Shown: piece by piece, positions 1 to 13,400 of the stretch
Numbering within the stretch: position 1 is the stretch's first letter
Layout: each line of letters begins with the position of its first letter
Assembly (NCBI GenBank): GCA_964016885.1
Contig: OZ024740.1
Span: 350,672,001 to 350,736,000, forward strand
DNA from: Eledone cirrhosa
Lineage: Eukaryota
DNA: 64,000 bases
Direction of reading: 5' to 3'
Notes under the pieces: model-generated
What the model was told of the DNA's origin: nothing
The model's database searches: none
Seen by the model: only the letters and a program-made list of their open reading frames with translations
Program-made: the position numbers and the translations under genes

Positions 1-462
1 CGAATTAAATGGGTTTTCGTATTTCCCGCACACCTTTTTCGTCGTTGTCGTCGTCGTCGTGGAGAAATCTTGCACGCTCTGCACGTGATTTTTCTTTTCT
101 GGCGTCGCTTGCCTAAAGAGAAGGGAGGGAGAGAGACACATTTAGAGAAGGGACCGAGAGAGACAATCTTCTCTCTGCTGTAGTGACGATTGAGGAAGAA
201 GGCGGAATGAGTGGGAGTGACCTATGAAAATTCTTTTTCGTAGCCATGTTGTTTTTTTGTTTAAAATAAATATTCGGCACAAAACCCCAATAAGCGTTTA
301 TTTAACCCCGAAGGGCCAAATAACGGACAGAAAGACCCCTCTCACGAGGAGGAGGGTGTTTTTGTCTACAATTTGGTTAAAGTTTTAAACAATTTACAAT
401 TGTTATAGCGGTCAAAATTTACAATACCTTACAGAGCCGAGCCTCCGTCAACCATAGCATTC
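1..462 (-). mobile_element. Tx1/L1-clade LINE, 5' end (5'UTR plus start of ORF1); runs off window edge
   Basis: Reverse complement closely matches 10457-10920; 5' terminus GAATGCTATGGTTGAC abuts (ATT)n. Confidence 0.9.
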
Positions 463-498
463 AATAATAATAATAATAATAATGATAATAATAAATAA

Positions 499-851
499 TT
501 GATTGTGGATGTGGCCTGCCCATTCGACACGAGAGTGCAAGAGAAGGAGAGGGAGAAAATTAACCGATACAAGGACTTAAAGTGGGTGGTAAAAAGGATT
601 TGGAACTGCCATGAAGTCAAACTCGTCACGATTGTCATAGACGCACTAGGTACTATCTCAAAAAGTTTCCAAGGATGGTTAATGAAAATTGGCCCCACCA
701 CGCTTTTTGGAACGCTTCAAAAGGCATGCTTGCTGGGACCAGCAAGAACCCTCCGATACGTCCTGAATATCTGAGGCTGCAGGTAGTGGCTTGATATTAA
801 TTTCAACAAACTTTCCAGTTAACTAACATCAATGACTGAGACTCAAAGAAC
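499..851 (+). mobile_element. R4/Dong-like non-LTR retrotransposon, 5'-truncated 3' end (restriction-like endonuclease tail and 3'UTR)
   Basis: ORF 499-774 IVDVACPFD..EKEREKINRYKDL..IVIDALG..LQKACLLG matches the RLE C-terminus of R4/Dong elements; (AAT)n on both sides. Confidence 0.8.
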
Positions 852-1114
852 AATAATAATAATGCTTTCTTTATTAATCACAAGGGTTTACATAAAGTAG
901 ACATTAAGGACAGTACAGCAAAATACAGGACGGTACAAATGGGCATTTCTGCGTGTAAAAAATAAAAACAGAGGATGCAACAAAAAAATAACAATGAAAA
1001 ATTCCCCAATACAGGGGAGACTTCCGAGGGACATTCGTGGAGAAAGCCCATTAAAAAGCCACAGTGACCCTGACCACCAGGGCAACTGCCCTCTCCCTGT
1101 TTTCCACCTTTAAT

Positions 1115-4100
1115 TTACAGATACATACTCATAATAGGCCCATTCACTCGGGCCATTCTTGCCTCTCTCACCCATCTTTCAACAAAATGCTGGGAAGAGA
1201 GCACTTCCTTCTCTACCCTGATTTTCCTTTTCAAATGAAATTTGAAAAGGTTAATCAGGGCATCACCGAAGAGGTAAGTGCTCGTCTCCAGCCCTTTCTA
1301 ACGTGTCCACCATACTATCTCTTTCGCCATGGCCACCAGACAGATAAAAACAGCCTGCCCTTCCCGGCTAAAGGAAGAGGGCGGGGCAATCCTCACGATG
1401 GAATCAGCTGATAGCTGGAACCGTCCTACACGTGACAGCAGGTGTTCGATATAAACCCACTAGTCAGCAATGCTCGGACGCTGGACGAGTGCGTGCAGGA
1501 CGGTTTCGTCGCCCTACGCGCATCTCGGACATGCGCGGCTGACGGCACCTCCATGACTATAAAGTTTATCGCGAACTGGCAAAGCTCCTCCGTAGCACTG
1601 CCAGGCCAGGGATTTCAGGAAGTTGTCCATAGGCCCCGGTCCGAAAGTTCTTCCGAAGAGATTGGCTAGTTGATTTTCGTCGACGCCTAGAGTTTCCCCT
1701 GAAACATTCCAGTATCCAAGCGCTTCCTCTCGGTCTTCGCTTACCCAGGACTGCATCTCCGTCAAGGAGACGAGCTGGGGAAAGACGCGTCTAGCAAACG
1801 GCGACCACACCTGATCATCGTCGAGGAAGAGGTGGACATGTCGTAGCCTGAGCGCGTGTCTGCGCATCATCAGCCACGGCCTGCCCAGACCTCAACGTAG
1901 CGGCTGTTGACAGCAGATGGACCGCCTGACCATCGGAGCGCGTCCCTTCCACAAAAAGCGAAAGAGCAAACGCTCTAGCGCAGTCAGGCGAGGCTTAGGA
2001 GAAGGTACGACGGTCAGGCGGTAGCAGATGACAGACGCGATGTACGCGTTAGCCACCTCCGCTCGACCTTTCAGGGATAGCTTCCTCTCTGCCCATTTCT
2101 GGGTGAGAGAAGCCACCCTGCTCGTCACCTCGTCCCAGTTTTGTCCGTCTGGAGGTCCGGACCGAACCAGACCCCTAGCAATTTAACCGGTCCGTCCGTC
2201 CAGCGTCCGACGACGCTGTTGGACGGCATGGACCTGCCTCTCCGAGCTGCAGGCCCACTGACTTTTCCTGGTTGATCATTGCTCCTGTCACCGCTTCGTA
2301 TTCTCTTAGTGTAGTGCCGATCGCCTCGATGTGTTTGGCGTTCGACACCATTACGGTGACACCGTCCGCATATGCTGACACAGATCTTCCGCATCCTAGT
2401 TCGCGCGGAACCCCCCTCAACGTCTCCAGTTTGTGCAGTTATGGCTCGAGAGTCAATACGTACAAGAGCGACGAGAGGGGGCATCCTTGGCGGATCGAGC
2501 GCATGATGCTGAACGGTTCCGAAAGGTGACCGTTCACTCTCACCACAGAGCAGATGTCGCTGTGCATGGTCGCGATCCAGCTGCTCAAGACGGGCCCAAA
2601 CCCAGCCGCCCTCAGGACTGTCGCTAAGTAACGATGGTCGACCCTATCGAAAGCTTTCGACTGATCTAAATTGATCAAGGAGCCACCCAAGCCCGGTTAC
2701 CTAGCTACCCCCTCCACGATGTATCGCATGAGGTGGAGGTTGTCCATGATGGATCTATCAGGAATGGCGCATGTCTGCGCCTCTCCCACCAGACGATCAG
2801 CGACAAGCGCCAACCTCTTTGCTAGAACCTTGGCGAAAATCTTGAACTCTGTGTTTAGCAGAGTTATGGTCCTGAAATTATCCCCCTTGTTATCCCCCTT
2901 GTTCGGATCCTTTCTCAGCAGTGCCACCGCTCCTCGGCTCACAGGGCTGAGAATCCTCCCGTTCTGTTGCCAGTTGCAGTAGACGTCCGCCAAGCGGCCT
3001 CCGACCAAGTCTGGCATCTGTACGTAAAATTCGTAGGGCAAACCATCCAAACCAGGCGATTTACACCTTGTGCTTCAAGTCATTGCCTCCCGTACTTCAG
3101 CGGCTGTTATCGGCTTTTCGCAACACTCCGCCTCAGTGGCAGAGAGCCGCGGCTGTCCGTCGAGGTAGACACTAACGTCCAATCCTCGATACGGCCCACC
3201 GCAGCCCCCGAAAAGCTGAGCGAAGTGTCGCTGAAAAGCTTCACACATTTGCCCGGGATCGAGTAGCATGCGCCCGTCGTGGTCCACCAATACCGGATCG
3301 TGATTTTGTTGCCTCGACGTGCCTCCGCCACTCGGGCCCATTGAACGGCTTTCGTCCCCTCGTGTCTGAGAGCACGCACCCTAGCTCTGACAACGCAGCC
3401 TTCGTGCTTTCCATTGAAGAATTGGTCAAGGGCCAATTTCGACGCAAGTACGTCGGTCGCGATGCCTTTGCTAAGCGCCTTGTCTAATTTTCTAACTAGT
3501 TCTCCCTCTGCTCTATTTTTCTCTATAGCTAAAGTCTTACTAAACCTAATGGACTCTATTCTAATCGCTCTTTTCAGAGCAAACCACCACTTGTTGTTGA
3601 CGATGGCCCCCGTCAACGCCCGCTTAACTAGTTCGCTAATCCGGTCTCTGCAGGCCTTGCGCGCTGGTAAGGACGCGTTTAGCTTCCAGTAGCCGGGTCC
3701 TCGTCTATGAAGCCTATCTAAATCAAGCACACAGATCACGAACTTGTGGTCCGTGTAGCTGACTATCTTGAATTGTGGACAGCCTATGCTAGACCTATCT
3801 ATTTCCCTACAAAATACTCTATCTAGATATGATCTGGATGACCCGATGTGGTTTGTCCAAGTTCACATTGGCACATTCGGGAAATCCAATCGGTACCTGT
3901 CAGACAGTTCAAAACGCCTGAGCAGGTTGGTGGGGCTCTTGCACCCTCCATCCCTATCCGATAATCCCACACAGTCCCAGCGTGCATCTAAGATCCCGTT
4001 CCAGTCGCCCACTAACACTAAAGAGTAGGACGTTCCAAGAAAGGTCTCCAGGCGCCGGAAGAAATCAGGCCTGTTCGTGCCGGGGCATAGACGGCCACTA

Positions 4101-4422
4101 GCCTGAAAGCTTGCCCGTCTCCGCTGGTCACGTCCAGCACCACCAACTTACCTTCTGGTCCAGGAAGATGGCCCGTATGGCGAGATCCAAACCTCTCCGA
4201 AAAAGCACAGCAACTCCCCCCCCCCCGATCCAGGACGGCTAGGAGATGCGTACACATCGTAGCCGCCGAAGATCGTGCGAAAGTCCGTGCCTCGGAGATC
4301 CTGGTCTCGCTGATGGCCACTACACCTATGTTTAGTGACCTGAGGTCGTTGAGCAGGGGGCCCTGCTTCCATGACGACCCCAAACCACGCGCATTTATGC
4401 TGCCTATTCTGAGTGAGGTCAT
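1115..4422 (-). pseudogene. Tx1 ORF2 (APE endonuclease plus reverse transcriptase), multiply frameshifted
   Basis: ORF fragments 4018-4422, 3107-3739, 2697-3050, 2439-2690, 2175-2420, 1892-2128, 1514-1870. Confidence 0.88.
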
Positions 4423-4456
4423 GTTGAAATGGAGTGGAAAAGATGGGAAAGACCAC

Positions 4457-6194
4457 TTACCTTACTTCTCGAAGAGGAAGGATGGTTTCTCCATCCCTTT
4501 CCACTTGATCGTCTGGAGAAGGGACCGTTGAATCGTCCCTTCGGCTGGTCGTCGGCTCTTCTGTGAGTATATCCGAATATACTCTCCGGTTGAGTGTCCC
4601 TCCTAGGTCTCTGAAATCCCCAACTGCGTTTGGGAATTTTATTTTAATGTTTGTGTATTGTTTCTGTGCTATTCTTACCAGTCTTATGTTCGTTGATGTT
4701 TTGATTGGTGCTGGTATTATGTAGTCCTGCTGTGAAATGTCTGTGTGTTCAATTATGTAAGTCATTAGTTTCTTGTTGTGTGTATTTATTGTTGTGCATT
4801 TCTTTTTCTGGTGGCGGGGTGTGGTTCTGCTATTTTCTTGTCGTTGTTGCTGCGTGTGTGTTAGCGATATTGGTGCTTGTGGTGGTGGGGTTGAAGGTGT
4901 TGTTGTTGGTGGTGGTTGGGTTGCCGCCGGTGGTGATGGTGGTGCTAGTCTGGGTGGTAATGGTGTTGGTGGTGTTGTTGCTGTAAGTCTCTTTGCAGTA
5001 GCCTTTACCCTTTTTTCATTTCTTCCCTCCCTTTTCGAAGGCGACGATGCGCTGCTTCTGCGTCTGTGCCTTCTTGCAACCTTTTGCCATCCCTCTCCCA
5101 CCTCACACTCCATGTCCGATTCTGTGAGGTCGGGGATGGGTACCAGCTCCACTCTTTCATTTGTTCGTGTTGGTGATGGTTGCAGTGGAGTCTCTGTTGC
5201 AGCTGCAGTTGGTATTACTGTTGTTGTTGTTAATACTTCCACTGCTGCTGCTGTTCTTGATTTCCGTGGCGTGGGTATGGGTGCCACGGACCTATCCTTC
5301 CTGCTTGCCGCCTGTCCTGTTGCTGTAGCAGTGGAGCCGGTATCGCAAGGAGGGGGGTTTTCTCCTTTCTCAGGTTCTTCTCATTGCAGAAGGCCCTGAG
5401 GTGAGTCTTCGACCCACAGTGAAAGCATTTCGGGCGTTTACCCTCAAAACTTATGGGCAGTTGAGTGCCGTTATCGAAGTCTATCATATCCGGGATAGCT
5501 TCGATGCAATCCTGGGTGGTTTGAATTAATATCTCAATGGAGGTGCCTACCCAATCTTCTCGTACTTTTTCTGTACTTGCAGTACAGTTGTTTTGTCCTC
5601 GATTCCGACGAGGACAGACGCGGCCAGTCAAGAAGGGGCCATCCTGGGGAGGGGGGGGGGGTCAGTTTGACCCTTACAATTTTTTCCCGCAGTAGGAGGG
5701 CACCAACAGCATTTACTCGCTCCTTAGGGTCACTAAGGATTGAGCCTTTGCCTCCTGGGGTGTGGCAAAAAGCACGTCCACGGTGGGATATTTCTTGCCT
5801 CGGGTGATATGCGTTTTCCGCTGCCACACAGACGCTAAGGTTTTTTGTATTTGAGCCTCTGTGGCTCTTTCAACCCTATCTGATTTTGTGCTTACTGTAC
5901 GGTAGGTGACCGTACAGTGCTGTTGGATTTCGAAATATTCTTCGGCTGCCTGGCAGATTGCTCGATGTCCGGTTTTCGTCACCACCTTCTTTGCTTCCTG
6001 TAATTCCTCATTTGTTATAAGGATAGTTTCCAGGTTCTTTGCGATAGCTGCAAACGAGATTGGTTTTTCTTCCTTGTTGTTGTTGTTGTCGTCAGAGCTG
6101 CTGTTATTTTTGTCGTTGCTGCTGGTACTACGACCGCCGCCGCCGCCGCTGTTGCTGTGGTTGTTGTTGTTGTTGCTGCTGCTTCTGCTGTTGT

Positions 6195-6227
<33 letters not shown>

Positions 6228-6599
6228 TGCTGCTGCTCATGTTGTTGCGGCTGCTACTATTGTTTTCCTTGTCACTGTTGCTGCTGCTGCTGTTATTACG
6301 GCTGCTGCTGCTATTCTTCATGACGTTAGACGAATGAAATGGCTTTCCGTATTTACCGCACACATTTTTCGTCCTTGTCGTCGTCGTGCAGAAATGTTCC
6401 ACGGAATGCACGTTCTCTTGGTGAAAGCTACCAGAAACTATATATTTTTTTTCTTTAATGGCGTCGCTTGCGAAAGAGGTAACACCCCATTTAGATAAAG
6501 GAGTGAGAGAGACAATCTTCTCTCTGATGTAGTGACGATTGAGGAAGAAGAAGACGGAATGTGTGGGAGTGACTTGTGAAAATTCTTTTTTGTAGCCAT
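4457..6599 (-). pseudogene. Tx1 ORF1 (gag-like; Asn/Ser-rich tract, zinc knuckle, Pro/Thr-rich tail), frameshifted
   Basis: ORFs 5713-6642, 5230-5631 and 4457-5287 are collinear with copy 2 ORF1. Confidence 0.8.
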
Positions 6600-6834
6600 G
6601 TTTTTTTTTGGGGGGGGGGGGGGGGGGGGGGGTTAAAATCAATATTGATCACAAAACCCCAATAAGCAGTTATTCAACCCCGAAGGGCCAAATAACGGGC
6701 AGAAAGAACCCTCTCACGAGGAGGAGGGTGTTTTTATCTACAATTTTGTTCAAGTTTTAAATAATTTACAATTGTTATAGCGGTTAAAAATTACTATACC
6801 TTACTGAGCCGAGCCTCCGTCAACCATGGCATTC

Positions 6835-7530
<696 letters not shown>

Positions 7531-7559
7531 ACCTTCTTTGAGAAAACTGAATCCAGAGA

Positions 7560-8472
7560 CCGAATCGACTACGTTGGGGGCAGAGAGTTACTGCCCTTGC
7601 CATTCTGAATTCAAATCCCGTTGAGGTTAACTTTGCCTTTCATCCTTATGGGGGTCGATAAAATAAAGTACCAGTAATGCACTGGGTAATTGTTGGCCTT
7701 GTGCCAAAAGTAGAAATAATTATTTTTGATTCAGAAAAAATATGTTAGCCTCGACTGAAATTTAATTGGGGGCACATTGAACCGGAATTCACAGGCATGC
7801 ATGCTATTCGACGTAACAATGACATTCTAATTAACTGTCTTTATAGTTAATGCAAGTTAACTAGAAATAATTATATGGTGGGAAAAATTTATATTGAATG
7901 ACTACTATCACTATTTTAATTTTTTCGAAAAGTGTGACAGTCAATTCCGAACATATTTAAAAAAACATGTTGACCTTCCAAATGTATTCTGGCTTCCAAA
8001 GTGAATCGTTATTATCAAAATAGTGCTGAATTCATTATTATATAAGGGTGGTGGATTGGCAGTATCGGTAGAGGGTCGGACGCCATGCTTTGATGCATAG
8101 AGTTACAGTCCTTTCCAATCTGAGTTCAAATCCCGCCGAGTTTAACTTTGCCTTTCATCCTTACGGGGTCGATAAAATAAAGTATCAGTAATGCACTGGG
8201 TAATTTGCTGGCCTTGTGCCAAAAGTAGAAACAATTATTATATAAGATTGAAGGGCGATGGATTGGCAGTATTGGTAGAGCGTCGCATAATCTGCTTCGC
8301 GGCAGAGAGTTACGGCCCTTTACGTTCTGAGTTCAAATCCCGCCGAGGTTAGCTTTGCCTTTCATCCTTACTGGGTTGATAAAATAAAGTACCAGTAGCA
8401 TGCTGGAGTCGAGTTAATCGACTTTCCTCTCCCTCAAAATTGCTTGCTTTGTGCCTATAGTAGAACTCATTA
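7560..8472 (+). mobile_element. Cluster of three octopus-type tRNA-derived SINEs (about 7560-7722, 8047-8240, 8251-8472)
   Basis: Shared body GAGTTCAAATCCCGCCGAGGTTAACTTTGCCTTTCATCCTTACGGGGTCGATAAAATAAAGTACCAGT with B-box-like GTTCAAATCC. Other copies near 10170, 16360, 17255, 29010, 39300(-), 39760(-), 40475(-), 50287(-), 55870, 56205. Confidence 0.85.
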
Positions 8473-8606
8473 TTATATAATACTGAAATTTGATTGGTGC
8501 GGGAAAGTAGAATTGGGAAAAGATGTATATCTTAAAGTAGATCGCCCTGAAAAACATATGGTTCAGCATGATAAAGTGTATTTCAACAAAATTAAGAAGA
8601 AAAATC

Positions 8607-8669
<63 letters not shown>

Positions 8670-8673
<4 letters not shown>

Positions 8674-8798
8674 GTTTCTACTTTAGGCACAAGGCCAGCA
8701 ATTACCCAGTGCATTACTGGTACTTTATTTTACCTTACGTGGTCGATAAAATAAGGTACCAGTAATGCACTGGGTAATTGCTGGCCTAAAGTAGAAAC

Positions 8799-8802
<4 letters not shown>
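8670..8802. repeat. Inverted pair of SINE 3' halves between two (TA)n tracts
   Basis: aattgtttctacttt...ggtactttatttt mirrored by aaaataaggtacc...aaagtagaaacaatt. Confidence 0.75.
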
Positions 8803-8874
<72 letters not shown>

Positions 8875-10456
8875 TATCGACAGCGAAGGGATGAAAGGCA
8901 AAATTGATCTTAGGGAGCTGAACAAAGTAATGACTCTACCCATTCACCAACTTGATAGACTGATAAGGTTCGCCTCCGTAACTAATGACAGCAATGTAAG
9001 AGTAACGCAACAACCATAATGCTAAAATAGATAAAAGGTAAACTTACTGTAATTTTTGACTGATGACGAACATTTTTATTTCCTTGCCGCGTTTAACATC
9101 AAAGAATTTTCAACATTTTTTCAGTATTCTAAATGACTAGGATTTAAGAATGTATAGATTTTCGTAGGATGTCACGCTAGAAATCGTTCTTTAGTGTAAA
9201 CTATTCGAATGGAAAGGTTAAGACGAACAAAATGCTATTGATGCCTGCGGCAGTTGTGTATATATAAGAAATACTGAGTACACTTCATTAAAGTCTTCTG
9301 AGAACCGGAAATACACCGAGTAAGAGAAGGGAAGCGTAAAGAAAGGTTAATAAAGCGCACTTTGCTGATTTGAATTAATATATTTAAATATATTTGCATG
9401 GATGTATTTGTGATAATTTGTGTTAAGCTCTGTCAAGGTTACATTGCTTGATAAAAACTGTGTTTATTCGTCAGTTTCACAATATCAAAGAAACACTTTT
9501 CATGCTTATAAACGAATATATGACAAATATAATTGAGTCATTTCATAGTGGTGACAACATCGATGGTTTAAAGGGTATTAAAAATAGACCTTTTGAAAGG
9601 ATACCCGATTTTTACCGATCTGTTATTGATAAACGTTCTCAGGACGATGATTTCTAAGGTAACCTATTGAATTAAACACTAGCTGCCTGAAGGTGATATG
9701 TGCGCCAGGAAGAAAATTCTAAGATTTAGGTTTGAACAGACTTTTTTCATGAGACGTTTTGCTTGAAATATTAAAGATGTTAAAATAATTTTCTGCTCGC
9801 CAAAATCTAACATTTCCCACTAAAACACCCTCACATTTTATAATACATCGTTAATGAATTTTTTTTTTTTGTGTGTGGTGGTGGGGGCTGCAGCGAGTAA
9901 ACACTCACGGCAGTTGAATTTCACTGCACTAATTCATTCATAGGTTAATTTAGTAACGAGGTGGTTAATTGCATATTTATTCTTAATTATCAAAGTTCTT
10001 TCATCACCCATCCTGCCACCACATCAATGACTATTCTTGCTCCTCTGTGTCTTCTTTTTGTTCTGATTTTAATCTATTTATACACCCCACACATACACAT
10101 ATACACACAGAAACACACACACACACACGCACACACGCACACACGCACACACATATATATATACAGGTGCTAAGACGTCGGATAGAATACGTTACGGTAT
10201 TCGTCCCACCTCACTGCGCGCTCTGAGTTCAAATCCCGCCGTGGCCAACTTTCATCCTTTCAAGGTCGATTAAAAAAAGTACCAGTCCAGTATTGGGGTC
10301 GATTCTTCCTCTATAGAAAAAATCTTCTGTGTTCAGATCTGGAGAGGGTTGGGCTCCGCCCTGTTTAAATATGCCCAAGACATGCCGTATGACGGTGCCA
10401 CTACAACTCCACAAGGAGTTATGGTATCTTTATACTTTATTATTATTATTATTATT

Positions 10457-13400
10457 GAATGCTATGGTTGACAGAGGCTCGGCTCTGTAAGGTATTGTAA
10501 ATTTTGACCACTATAACAATTGTAAATTGTTTAAAACTTTAACCAACTTGTAGACAAAAACACCCTCCTCCTCGTGAGAGGGGTCTTTCTGCCCGTTATT
10601 TGGCCCTTCGGGGTTAAATAATCGCTTATTGGGGTTTTGTGCCCAATATTTATTTTAAACAAAAAAAACAACATGGCTACGAAAAAGAATTTTCATAGGT
10701 CACTCCCACTCATTCCGTCTTCCTCTTCCTCAATCGTCACTACAGCAGAGAGAAGATTGTCTCTCTCGGTCCCTTCTTTAAATGTGTCTCTCTCCCTCCC
10801 TTCTCTTTCGCAAGCGACGACAGAAAAGAAAAATCTCGTGCAAAGCGTGCAAGATTTCTCCACGACGACGACGACAACGACGAAAAAGGTGTGCGGGAAA
10901 TACGAAAACCCATTTCATTCGTCTGACGTCAGGAATAATAGCAGTAGCAGCCGTAATAACAACAACAACAGTTACAATGAAAACAACAGTAGCAGCCGCA
11001 ACAGCATCAGCAGCAGCATAAACAACAACAGCATTAGCAGCAGCAACAACAACCACAGCAACAGCGGTGGCGGCAGTAGTCGTAGTACCTGCAGCAACAA
11101 CAAAAGTAACAGCAGCTCTGACAACAACAACAACAAAAACAACAGCAGCAAAGAAAAACCAATCTCGTTTGCAGGTATCGCAAAGAACCTGGAAACCATC
11201 CTCATAACAAATGAGGAATTAGAGGAAGCGAAGAAGATGGTGACAAAAACTGGATACCGAGCAATCTGTAAGGCAGCCGAAAAATTTGTCGAAACCCAAC
11301 AGCACTGTACGGTCACGTACTGTACAGTAAGTACAAAATCCCGTAGGGTTGAAAGAGCCACAGAGGCTCAAATACAGAAAGCTTTGGGGTCTGTGTGGCA
11401 GCGAAAAACGCACATCACCCGAGGCAAGAAATATGCCACCGTAGACGTACTTTTTGTCACACCCCAGGAGGCAAAGGCTCAATCCTTAGTGACCCTAAGG
11501 AGCGAGGAAATGGTGTTGGTAGCCTCCTATTGCGGGCAAAAAATTGTGAGGGTCAAACTGAACCACGTCCCCCCCCCCCCGGGATGGCCCCTTCTTAGCT
11601 GGTCGCGCCTGTCCTCGTCGGAATCGAGGACAAAACAACTGTACTGCAAGTACAGAAAAAAGTAAGAGAAGATTGGGTCGGTACCACCATTGAGATGTTA
11701 ATTCAAACCAACCAGGAGTGCATCGAAGCTATCCCGGATGTGATAGACTTCGATAACGGCACTCAACTGCCCATAATTGTTGAGGGCAAACGCCCGAAAT
11801 GCTTTCGCTGTGGATCGAAGACTCACCTCAGGGCCTTCTGCAACGAGAAGACCCTGAGAAAGGAGAACCCCCCCCTCCTTCCGAAACCGGCTCCACGGCT
11901 ACCAGCAACAGGACAAGCGCAAACAGGAACGATAGGTCCGTCGCACCCATACCCACGCCACGGAAATCAAAAACAGCAGCAGCAGTGGAAGTATTAACAA
12001 CAACAACAGCAATACCAAATGCAGCTGCAACAGAGACTCCAGTGCAAACATCACCAACAACAATAAGTGAAAGAGTGGAGCTGGTACCCCTCCCCGACCT
12101 CACAGAATCAGACATGGAGTGTGAGGTGGGAGAGGAATGGCAAAAGCTCGTAAAAAGGCACAAACGCAGAAGCAGCGCATCGTCGCCTTCGAAAAGGGAG
12201 GAAAGAAATGAAAAAAGGGCTACTGCAAAGAGACTCACAGCAGCAACACCAACACCATCACCACCCACACTAGCACCACCATCATCACCGGCGACAACCC
12301 CACCGCCAACAACACCTTCAACACTACCACCACAAGCACCAACATCGCAAGCACAACAACAAAACACACACACCCAGCAACAACGACAAGAAAATAGCAG
12401 AACCACACCCCACCCCCAGAAAAACAAATGCACGGCAATAAATACACACAACAAGAAACTAATGACTTACATAAGTGAACACACAGACATTTCACAGCAC
12501 AACTACATAATACCAGCACCAATCAAAACGCCAACTAACATAAGACTGCTAAAAATAGCACAGAAACATTAAAACGAAATTCCCCAACGCAGTTGGTGAT
12601 TTCAGAGACCTAGGAGGAACACTCAACCACAATTCAAGATAGTCAGCTACACGGACCACAAATTCGTGATCTGTGTGCTTGACTTAGATAGGCTTCATAG
12701 ACGAGGACCCGGCTACTGGAAGCTAAACGCGTCCTTACCAGCGCGCAAAACCTACAGAGACCGGATTAGCGAACTAGTTAAGCGGGCGTTGACGGGGGCC
12801 ATCGTCAACAACAAGTGGAGGTTTGCTCTGAAAACAGAGATTAGAATAGAATCGATTAGGTTTAGTAAGGCTTTAGCAATAGAGAAAAATAGAGCAGAGG
12901 GAGAACTAGTTAGAAAATTAGACGAGGCGCTTAGGAAAGGCATTGCGACCGACGTGCTTGCGGCGAAATTGGCCCTTGACCAATTCTTCAATGCAAAGCA
13001 CGAAGGCTGCGTTGTCAGAGCAAGGGTGCGTGCTCTCAGACACGAGGGGACGAAAGCCGTTCATTGGACCCGAGTGGTGGAGGCGCGTCGTGGCAACAAA
13101 GCCACGATCCGGTCTTTGGTGGACCACGACGAGCGCATGCTACTCGATCCCGGGCAAATGTGTGAAGCTTTTCAGCGACACTTCGCTCAGCTGTTCGGGG
13201 GCAGCGGTGGGCCGGGTCGAGGGATGGACTTTAGTGTCTATCACGACGGACTGCTGCGGCTCTCGGCCACTGAGGCGAAGTGTTGCGAAAAGCCGATAAC
13301 AGCCGCTGAAGTAAGGGAGGCAATGACTGGCTGCACAAGGGGTAAATCGCCTGGTTTGTATGGTCTGCCCTATGAACTTTACGTACAGATACCAGACTTG

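Larger units (their letters stand above)
864..6834 (-). mobile_element. Near full-length Tx1/L1-clade LINE with frameshifted ORF1 and ORF2
   Basis: ORF1 pieces with CCHC knuckle (CFHCGSKTHLRAFC); ORF2 pieces: APE endonuclease (IGSINARGL), GPGYWKLN, RT (LDQSKAFDRVDH, RQGCPLS, YADG), zf-RVT-like end; AATAAA then (ATT)n tail. Confidence 0.93.

Noticed and set aside
4705-6498. Antisense Leu/Val-rich ORFs over Tx1 ORF1
   Set aside because: Shadow frames of low-complexity AAC/AGC/CCA-rich coding sequence
8047-8240. tRNA genes from A/B-box-like motifs (also about 49385 and 63665)
   Set aside because: No cloverleaf; these are SINE heads
7560-8472. CRISPR-like or regularly spaced repeat array
   Set aside because: Eukaryotic context; irregular, long SINE copies rather than repeat-spacer units
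10560-10595. HDV-like ribozyme suggested by TCCTCGT in the Tx1 5'UTR
   Set aside because: No consistent P1, P1.1 GG or J4/2 could be assembled
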